A stretch of DNA of 64,000 nucleotides, taken from the NCBI GenBank assembly GCA_046292385.1, contig JBKBRF010000021.1:50668-114667 (forward strand). The letters are read 5' to 3'. This stretch comes from Armatimonadota bacterium (GTDB lineage: Bacteria > Armatimonadota > SYMT01). This document shows, piece by piece, positions 57,079 through 64,000 of this stretch; position 1 is the first letter of the stretch, and each line of letters starts with the position of its first letter. The notes under the pieces are model-generated. The model did not search any database. It was not told where the DNA came from and worked only from the letters and a program-made list of their open reading frames with translations. The position numbers and the translations under genes are program-made.

Positions 57079-59397
57079 TTACAGCTTCACCAGCTTGGCA
57101 TAGCCGGCGATCAGCTTCTTCTCGCCGTGCTTGGGGAAGACTACGGAGACCTGCTCGTCGTCGCCGCTGCCGACGCTCTTGGTGACGATCCCCTCACCGA
57201 AGACCTGGTGGCGGACACGGTCGCCCGGTTTGTAGGCCCCTGGCTTCTGGGAGCTGCGGTGCCGCTCCAGGAGGCGCTGCGCCTCTTCCCGGGCGCGGGG
57301 ATCGGGCGTGGGCGGCGCGGGGGATGCCGGTCGGGCGGGACGCGCGGGCGCACCCGGCCGCGGCGAGGGCCGTTCGCCCCAGCTCCGCCGGCCGAAGACG
57401 CTGCCGGAGGAGAAGTCGGTGCGGTCCACGTCCTCGTATCGGCCGCGCTCCTCCACCGGCTTGCACTCTTCGTGGTAGCACTCTTCCGGAATCTCGCGGA
57501 TGAACCGGCTGGGCCGCTGGTAGCGCGTCTGGCCGAAGACGGTGCGCCGCCGCGCGTGCGTGAGGTGGAGGCGGCGCTGGGCGCGGGTGATGCCGACGTA
57601 GCAGAGTCGCCGCTCCTCCTGCATCTCCTTCTCGCTCTCGCGGGCGCGGGCGTGCGGGAAGACGTCTTCCTCCATCCCGCACATGAAGACGTAGGGGAAC
57701 TCCAGCCCCTTGGCGGCGTGGAGCGTCATCAGCACCACGCTGTCGGCGCCTTCCTTCAGCGTGTCGACGTCGCTCATCAGCGCCATCTGCTCCAGGAACT
57801 GGACGATGCCGCCGCCGATCTGCTCGTCGAACTCCTTGGCGACGTTGACGAACTCTTCCACGTTCTCCGCGCGCGCCAGGCTCTCCAGCGACTTCTCTTC
57901 CCGCAGGATCCGAAGGTAGCCGGTCTGATTGATCAACTCGCTCAGGAGCGCGGTGACGCTCAGCTGCTCCTTGTAGCCGGCGAGCGTGCGCACCACGCGC
58001 GTGAACTCGCCCAGCGCGGCGCGGGCTCTCGGGGTGAGACCTTCCACCTCCCCGGCGCGGCCCATCGCCTCGAAGAGCGAGATCTCGTGCTGGTCCGCGA
58101 AGTTGGCGAGCCGCTCCATCGACTTCTCCCCGATGCTCCGCGGCGGCGAGTTGACCACGCGGCGCAGGGAGAGCGAGTCGGCGGGGTTCTGGATCAGGCG
58201 CAGGTAGGCGATCAGGTCTTTCACTTCTTTGCGGTCGTAGAACCGCACGGTGCCAACCAGCCGGTACGGGATCCGGCGCCGCTTGAAGACGTCTTCCAGC
58301 ACGCGGGACTGCGCGTTGGTGCGGTAGAGGCAGGCGAAGTCGCCGTAGCGCGCGTTCACGCCGTCGACCGCCTGCTCCACCGTCGAGGCGACGAACCGCG
58401 CCTCGTCCATCTCGTCGTCCGCCCCGAAGAGCACCAGCGGCTCGCCGGCGGGATTGGAGGTCCAGAGACGCTTCTCTCGCCGGCCGCGGTTCAGCTTCAC
58501 CACGTGGAAGGCGGCGTCCAGGATGAGCTGCGTGGAGCGATAGTTCTGCTCCAGCTTCAGCACCTTCGCCTCCGGGTAGTCCTGCTCGAACGCCAGGATG
58601 AAGCGCACATCGGCGCCGCGCCAGCCGTAGACCGACTGGTCGTCATCCCCCACCACGCAGAGATTCCGGTGGGCCGCGGCGAGCAGCTTCACCAGCTCGT
58701 ACTGGACGCGGTTGATGTCCTGGTACTCGTCGATCATCACGTGCTGGAACCGCTGCTGGTAGTACTCCCGTACTTCCGGGCGGCTCTGGAGCAGGCGGAC
58801 CGTCTCCAGGATCAGGTCGTCGAAGTCGACGCCGTGGTTCTGGTTCAGCTTTCTCTGGTAGCGCTCGTAGACGCGGGCGGCGGTCTTCTCCTCCGCGCCC
58901 TTGGCGAACCGGCCGAACTCCGCGGGACCCAGCAGCTCTTCCTTGGCGCGGGAGATCTGCGAGAGGAGCTGGCGCGGCTTGTAGGTCTCGGTGTCGATCG
59001 ACAGCTCGTCCATCACCTCTTTGATGAGGGCGAGCTGGTCGCCGTCGTCGAAGACGGTGAAGTCGCGCGGGAGCCCGATCGCCTCGCCGTCCTGCCGCAG
59101 GACGCGGGCGCAGATGGCGTGGAAGGTGCCGATCCAGCACGAGGCCGCGGCCGGACCGACCAGCCTGGAGATGCGCTCCTTCATCTCCGTGGCGGCCTTG
59201 TTGGTGAAGGTGACCGCCAGGATCTTGTGCGCCGGGACGCCGAGCTCCAGCAGGTGCGCCACCCGGTGGGTCAGCACGCGCGTCTTGCCGCTGCCCGCGC
59301 CCGCCAGGATCAGCAGCGGGCCGCTCTCGTGGCGGGCGGCCTCCTGCTGGACGGGATTGAGCGACTGGAGCAGCGGGGATACGGCGGATTCAGACAC
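57079..59397 (-). CDS. pcrA: ATP-dependent DNA helicase PcrA/UvrD
   Basis: AGAGSGKT, DEYQD, VGDDDQS.Y.WRG, NYRS, HAAKGLEF and EERRLCYV motifs; C-terminal Tudor-like domain; GTG start 59397. Confidence 0.96.
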   Translation of the reverse strand: MSESAVSPLLQSLNPVQQEAARHESGPLLILAGAGSGKTRVLTHRVAHLLELGVPAHKILAVTFTNKAATEMKERISRLVGPAAASCWIGTFHAICARVLRQDGEAIGLPRDFTVFDDGDQLALIKEVMDELSIDTETYKPRQLLSQISRAKEELLGPAEFGRFAKGAEEKTAARVYERYQRKLNQNHGVDFDDLILETVRLLQSRPEVREYYQQRFQHVMIDEYQDINRVQYELVKLLAAAHRNLCVVGDDDQSVYGWRGADVRFILAFEQDYPEAKVLKLEQNYRSTQLILDAAFHVVKLNRGRREKRLWTSNPAGEPLVLFGADDEMDEARFVASTVEQAVDGVNARYGDFACLYRTNAQSRVLEDVFKRRRIPYRLVGTVRFYDRKEVKDLIAYLRLIQNPADSLSLRRVVNSPPRSIGEKSMERLANFADQHEISLFEAMGRAGEVEGLTPRARAALGEFTRVVRTLAGYKEQLSVTALLSELINQTGYLRILREEKSLESLARAENVEEFVNVAKEFDEQIGGGIVQFLEQMALMSDVDTLKEGADSVVLMTLHAAKGLEFPYVFMCGMEEDVFPHARARESEKEMQEERRLCYVGITRAQRRLHLTHARRRTVFGQTRYQRPSRFIREIPEECYHEECKPVEERGRYEDVDRTDFSSGSVFGRRSWGERPSPRPGAPARPARPASPAPPTPDPRAREEAQRLLERHRSSQKPGAYKPGDRVRHQVFGEGIVTKSVGSGDDEQVSVVFPKHGEKKLIAGYAKLVKL

Positions 59398-59506
59398 GAC
59401 AAAGCCTCGGCGCCTGCACGCGGCGCGGGGAGCGCGGGGATACCGGCATGTTACCACCCGGCCCTGCCCCCGGCAAAGGCCTAACGGAGAGTCGCTGCGG
59501 AGGGGA

Positions 59507-60409
59507 TCAGGCGTCTCGGAGGTACGAGAGCCCCTCCTCTAGCGGACGGAAGCGGAACCCGAACGTCTCCTCCGCGGGGCGGGGATCGACTCGATTCTCC
59601 ATCCGGAGGAAATCGATCGCCGCGGGCGAGAGCGGCGGCTTCGGTAGAACCTGCAGGGCGGCGGCGGCGAGCTTCATCAGGCCCACCGGGTGGTGCACCA
59701 GCGGCTTGCGGACGCCGAGGACGCGCTGGATCGTCCGGAGGATCTCGTTCATCGAGAGGAATTCCGGCCCGCCCAGGTCGAAGATCCGGCCGGTCGCCTC
59801 GGGAGAGCTGACCGCAAGGGCGGCCACGCGCGCCACGTCGTCGACGTGGATCGGCTGCACGCGCTCCTCGCCGGGCCCGATGACCGGCACGACCGGCAGG
59901 TTCCGGGTGAAGGCGACCAGCTTGTTCATGCTCTGGTCGTCCGGCCCGTAGATCCAGGAGGGGCGCAGGATCACCCACTCCATCCCGCTCTCCCGCACCG
60001 CCTGCTCCGCCATCATCTTGGCGCGGAACCACGGCTCCGTCCGCCCCTCGCGCGTGCCGGCGCCGCTGAAGTAGAGGAAGCGGCGCACCCCCGCGCGGAC
60101 GCACGCCTGCACCATGTTCCGGGTGCCTTCGCCGTCGACTTTCAGGTAGGTCCACCCACGGCTCGGATTCTCTACCGGGTGGTTGGGAAATTGGACCGCG
60201 TGGACCACGCACTCCACGTCTCGCACCGCCGCCGGGAGAGTCTCCGGGTGGGTGACGTCCCCCACTCGCCACTCAATTCCGCCATCCTGCCGCGGCGAGC
60301 GGGAAAGCCCGGCGAGCTGATGCCCGCCCTGTGACTGCAGCTCGCGCGCCACGTGCCGCCCGATGAACCCGGCTGCCCCCGCGATGAGAACCCGCACTGG
60401 CGACTCCAT
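59507..60409 (-). CDS. NAD(P)H-binding SDR, NDUFA9-like
   Basis: GAAGFIG, LRPSWIYG and QPIHVDDVA motifs. Confidence 0.88.
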   Translation of the reverse strand: MESPVRVLIAGAAGFIGRHVARELQSQGGHQLAGLSRSPRQDGGIEWRVGDVTHPETLPAAVRDVECVVHAVQFPNHPVENPSRGWTYLKVDGEGTRNMVQACVRAGVRRFLYFSGAGTREGRTEPWFRAKMMAEQAVRESGMEWVILRPSWIYGPDDQSMNKLVAFTRNLPVVPVIGPGEERVQPIHVDDVARVAALAVSSPEATGRIFDLGGPEFLSMNEILRTIQRVLGVRKPLVHHPVGLMKLAAAALQVLPKPPLSPAAIDFLRMENRVDPRPAEETFGFRFRPLEEGLSYLRDA

Positions 60410-60447
60410 TCGATCTAGTAGCGTGGTTCGCTACTTCTGGCGATTTG

Positions 60448-60615
60448 GAGTGGGCGCAAGGGAGAGTGGGTGAGTGGGAGATCCGAACCTCCCGAGTACG
60501 AGCACTCCTACTCGTTCTCCTACTCTTACTCCAAGGTTCGCCGAGATGGGTGCCGCTTCCGCCAAGAGATCGCCACTCCCAGAACGGCTTCTCCCACTCT
60601 CCCTTGCGCCCACTC
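60448..60615. repeat. 23-bp perfect inverted repeat built from GAGTGGG-like octamers
   Basis: GAGTGGGCGCAAGGGAGAGTGGG (60448-60470) / CCCACTCTCCCTTGCGCCCACTC (60593-60615). Confidence 0.85.
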
Positions 60616-60702
60616 GCCCACTCCAACCCCGCCAGCCAGTCCCGACCCAGTGAAATGTTGCAGACCACTTCGGTAGCAGAGAGGTGGGGTTCCTGCCCCG
60701 GA

Positions 60703-61545
60703 TTACGCGGCGAGGGCCGCCGTCCCTTCCCACTTGCGCCGCAGCTTCAGCAAAGCCCGGCGCTGCACCTGCCGTACGCCTTCGGTCGTCATCCGCAGGC
60801 GCTGGGCCAGGTCCGCCAGGGAGAGCGAGGCGCCGTTCAGGCCGAAGCGGTTCTCCAACACCAGGCGGTCCCGCGCGGGCAGCGTCTCCAGGAGCTCCTC
60901 CAGCACCTCGACCTCTTCCTGACGCAGAACCTCGTCCTCCGGGTCGGCCGCGTCAGCGTCCGCCACTTCCAGGGAAAGCGGATGCGGGTCTCCGGTGAGC
61001 GCGGCTTCGAACGAGAGCGGCTCCTCCATACAGGCGAGCACCGCTTCCAACCGCTTCGCGGAGATGCCGGAGACCTCCGCCAGCTCGTCCAGCGTCGGCT
61101 CGCGGCCCAGGCGCTCGGTCAGCTCCTCCCGCGCCTGCACCGCCTTCCGCGCCGCGTAGCCGACGTCGACCGGCAGCCGGATGAGCCGTCCCTGCCGGTC
61201 CAGCGAGCGGAGGATCCGCTGCCGGATCCAGTAAGTCGCATAGGTGCTGAACCGGAATCCGCGGGCGCCGTCGAACCGCTCGATTGCCGTGCAGAGGCCG
61301 ATCATCCCCTCCTGCACCAGGTCTTCCAGGTCGAGATGCGGGTTCCTGTACGGCCGGGCCAGGGAAACCACCAGTGGCACGTTCGCGTTCAGGATCCGCT
61401 CCCAGGCCGCGCGGTCCCCGTGCTGGGCCCGCGCCGTCAGCTCCCGCTCCAGGCGCGCAGAGAGCCGCTCCCCGGTCCCCTGGTAGTCCCACTTCGGCAC
61501 TGCCGCGCCGCCGTCACGTTCGGTCGAACCGTATGCCACCGCCAT
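60703..61545 (-). CDS. Alternative sigma-70 factor (RpoD/RpoS-like, no region 1.1)
   Basis: DLVQEGMIGL...ERFD..RGFRFSTYATYWIRQ; region 3 LGREPT; region 4 VRQVQRRALLKLR. Confidence 0.93.
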   Translation of the reverse strand: MAVAYGSTERDGGAAVPKWDYQGTGERLSARLERELTARAQHGDRAAWERILNANVPLVVSLARPYRNPHLDLEDLVQEGMIGLCTAIERFDGARGFRFSTYATYWIRQRILRSLDRQGRLIRLPVDVGYAARKAVQAREELTERLGREPTLDELAEVSGISAKRLEAVLACMEEPLSFEAALTGDPHPLSLEVADADAADPEDEVLRQEEVEVLEELLETLPARDRLVLENRFGLNGASLSLADLAQRLRMTTEGVRQVQRRALLKLRRKWEGTAALAA

Positions 61546-61577
61546 GTCGATGCTCCTCTCCGACTCTCGTGTGCTCT

Positions 61578-61621
61578 AATATATCACTTATCACGTCATA
61601 TATAACCGAAGTCGTGATATT
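61578..61621. promoter_or_regulatory. AT-rich candidate operator with TATCAC/GTGATA repeats between the sigma factor and the B12 regulator
   Basis: ATATCAC (61581-87), TATCACG (61589-95), ATATATAAC (61598-606) and inverted CGTGATAT (61613-20). Confidence 0.55.
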
Positions 61622-61764
61622 TACTTCCGGAGGTGGATCGGAGGAGCGCAGCGGCAAGCGAGCGAACGGCGCACCGTGCCGGCTGTGTCACGGACGGAGG
61701 CACGGTCGCATAGAACGGGGGTAGCCGTGGGCGGCAGCGGCGCGAGTCCGGGAAAGGGCGGCGG

Positions 61765-62706
61765 GTGACGAGAGACGTGCTGGAGAACGAGACGGGGCCG
61801 CGCGCGGCGCTGCCCGGCGGCACGGCGGGCACGATCCTGCGCGAGTTGGCGAGCGGCGAGCGGACCGTCTCGCAGCTCGTCCAGGCGACCGGCCTCTCGC
61901 AGCCGAACGTCTCCAACCACCTGGCGCGAATGCGGGAGCGCGGCCACGTGCTGGCGCGGCGCGAGGGGCGGCAGGTGATCTACGCGATCGCCAGTGCCGG
62001 GCTGGCGCACTTCATCGCCTCGCAGGCCGGCACCGGCTCGGTAGATGCGCCGGAGGTGGAGCAGGTCGCTGCCGAGCTCCTTCAGGCGGTGCTCACCCTG
62101 CGAGAGGAAGAGGCGATCCGGGTTGCCGAATCCGCCCTGGCGCGGGGGCTCGACTGGAAGACGCTCTACCTTCAGGTGCTGCGGCCGGCGCTAGTGGAAG
62201 TCGGCGACCGCTGGGAGCGCGGGGAGCTCACCGTCGCGGCGGAGCACCTGATTACCGGGATGGTGCTGCGCCTGATCCACCGGCTCTCGCTGACGCTCCC
62301 GTTCGCCCCCGGTCCGGATGCGCCGAGCGCGCTGGTTGCCTGTGTGGAGGGCGAGCTGCACACGGTCGGCGGGCGGATGGTCGCCGATTTTCTGCAGGCA
62401 GAGGGCTGGCGGGTCTGGTATCTGAACGGGTATTTGCCGCTGGAGCACCTGATGGAAGCGGTCCACCGGCACCTGCCCGACGTGGTGGTGCTGAGCGTCT
62501 CCAACTCGGAGTGCGCCGGCAGCGTGGAGCAAACCTTACAGCGTCTCACCCGCTGGCGCGGCGAGCAGCCGCTGCCGCTCCTCGTGGCGGGAGGCCGCTA
62601 CTTCGAAGGACATCCCCAGCCGGAGGGGCTCGACCTCTGCGGCAGCGACATCGACGCAATCACCACGGAAGCCCGCCGCCGGGTGGATGAGCTCCGGGGG
62701 CGGTAA
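61765..62706 (+). CDS. ArsR-type HTH + cobalamin-binding (CarH/LitR-type) regulator
   Basis: TVSQL..ATGLSQPNVSNHL...REGRQVIY; W-x9-EH (WERGELTVAAEH); GELHTVG; VVVLSVS; VAGG. Confidence 0.88.
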   Translation: MTRDVLENETGPRAALPGGTAGTILRELASGERTVSQLVQATGLSQPNVSNHLARMRERGHVLARREGRQVIYAIASAGLAHFIASQAGTGSVDAPEVEQVAAELLQAVLTLREEEAIRVAESALARGLDWKTLYLQVLRPALVEVGDRWERGELTVAAEHLITGMVLRLIHRLSLTLPFAPGPDAPSALVACVEGELHTVGGRMVADFLQAEGWRVWYLNGYLPLEHLMEAVHRHLPDVVVLSVSNSECAGSVEQTLQRLTRWRGEQPLPLLVAGGRYFEGHPQPEGLDLCGSDIDAITTEARRRVDELRGR

Positions 62707-62726
62707 ACGCTGCGGAGTGAAGGCGA

Positions 62727-63734
62727 ATGGGTACCCTGATCTCGACCTCGGTCTGGACCACGGAAGAAGACAGTCCCGCCGTCTTTAGGGCGCTGTGTTT
62801 GGGCCTTCATGGCCCATACGAGCCGAGTCTGGAGATCGATGACGACCGGATTGGCTTCAGTCCGTCCCGCCCCAAAGGACCTGGACGGCACGGCCCACTC
62901 CCGTCTCGCTACACTCCGCTCGAGCTGGCGGACTGCGCTGATCCCGACCGCTGGCGGCGGCTACTCGCACAGTTGACGAGAGATCAGATCGTCCGAGCGC
63001 GCGGCGCGATCGTGCTGCAGTCCGGCCTCGAGATTACCTGCGACCTGGCGCTGTCTAGGTGGGACTTCGGGATGGGTTATCGCGTCCGAGATGGTGCCTT
63101 CGTCCAGGGCGGAGTGATGTACAAGGATCTCGCCCGCGAGCTGATCGACGCTGGCGTCTACCAGGGAAGAAGCGGGCCCAAGATCGTGCGGCTCCGCCGA
63201 GAGTTGCTCGAGAACAGTCGCGAGGTCTTCCAAAGGCTCGCCGTCGTGCCGGAAGCCTCCGGCCTGGGACACCTCGCACCACATGCAGGGATGTATCTGG
63301 AGTACGGCTGCCCGTCCGGCCCCTTTTGCTCGCAGGTCTTCCACCGCGACTATCGGGAGATAGTGCGAGACCTGCTGCGCGCCTACGAAGAGTACCACCG
63401 GGGCATCTTTGCGTACGACGCCTACACCCCCGGGGCTGATCTCGCCTCGCTTCCGAACAGCGACAATCCAGTCCGGGAACACAACTACTTCATCAGCCAA
63501 TTCGGCGCTCCAGACGCGCGCAACATCCGAGAGTTCATGGATTCAATCCAGCCGGAGCGGCTGGCGCGGTTGGCAGAGCTTCCTCCAGAGCGGATCGAGG
63601 AGTGGCTGATCCTGGCGGATCACGCCGAGTATGGTGCCGCGTTCGAGCTGGTCGAGGGCGGCTTCATTCTGAGCACCGACCCGATGGAGAGCCTTTGGCG
63701 CCTCTACCAGGCGTTCTACCAGGCGCACACGTAA
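62727..63734 (+). CDS. Hypothetical protein
   Basis: 335-aa ORF with normal composition, 20 bp downstream of the regulator; no motif recognised. Confidence 0.65.
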   Translation: MGTLISTSVWTTEEDSPAVFRALCLGLHGPYEPSLEIDDDRIGFSPSRPKGPGRHGPLPSRYTPLELADCADPDRWRRLLAQLTRDQIVRARGAIVLQSGLEITCDLALSRWDFGMGYRVRDGAFVQGGVMYKDLARELIDAGVYQGRSGPKIVRLRRELLENSREVFQRLAVVPEASGLGHLAPHAGMYLEYGCPSGPFCSQVFHRDYREIVRDLLRAYEEYHRGIFAYDAYTPGADLASLPNSDNPVREHNYFISQFGAPDARNIREFMDSIQPERLARLAELPPERIEEWLILADHAEYGAAFELVEGGFILSTDPMESLWRLYQAFYQAHT

Positions 63735-63801
63735 CAAGGCCAGTTGCTAATTGCCCGTGGCGACATCGTCGACCGGGATCAAGATCCCCGCTGTCGCGGG
63801 G

Positions 63802-63902
63802 GCGAGAGCAAGCACTCGCACTCCAGAAGCCGGGCCAGCGGGGTGGTCCCACCCGCCGGAAGGGATGCTTCCTCGGTGAAGTCTGTGGAGTGCGGTGGCT
63901 TG
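63802..63902. repeat. GGAG-type REP-like units (GCGAGAGCAAGCACTCGCACTCCA; TGGAGTGCGGTGGCTTG)
   Basis: Similar to the units at 26078-26216. Confidence 0.6.
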
Positions 63903-64000
63903 TGTCACACGCTGTAAAGTTGGTGCGCCCCGGGGCGCAGAGTATGTTTTGCCGGCTGCAGGGCGGGTACTCGCTTTACAGCCGGAATCAGGGCCGGAGG

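Overview
High-GC (~70%) diderm bacterial chromosome segment. The gene content (DUF1549/1553-DUF1501-cytochrome/WD40 module, TolC, STN-repeat orphan, Tat-exported TIM barrel) suggests Armatimonadota or a PVC-like lineage; this is inference only. About 45 CDS, one tRNA-Val(CAC), no CRISPR, no integrase or transposase, and many small palindromic or REP-like intergenic elements. Housekeeping genes: ppdK, pcrA/uvrD, aroE, an RND-TolC efflux operon and a partial sugar ABC system. The most striking locus is 46.4-52.4 kb. A 950-bp lower-GC gap that the ORF track leaves without a credible gene contains two tiny RBS-preceded ORFs on the minus strand: a 38-aa precursor-like peptide MAELHLDELTLEIEELEDRTAP|NAIWEDAPPATVVPGP and a 7-aa MHVIWDD, which share an IW[ED]D motif. 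They lie directly upstream of a PqqD/RRE-like + M50 intramembrane protease + HlyD fusion gene, and are divergent from a sigma54-promoter-preceded membrane sensor HD-GYP/GAF/degenerate-GGDEF gene. This is a candidate peptide-signal / c-di-GMP system. Other notable items: an NsrR-like Rrf2 regulator with two matching operator palindromes next to a DoxX-like gene and a di-heme cytochrome; an ArsR-HTH + B12 photoreceptor domain divergent from an alternative sigma-70; a peptidoglycan-remodelling triad; a K+-channel homologue with a TTLGSEY filter. All calls come from motif reading by eye; no database searches were run.
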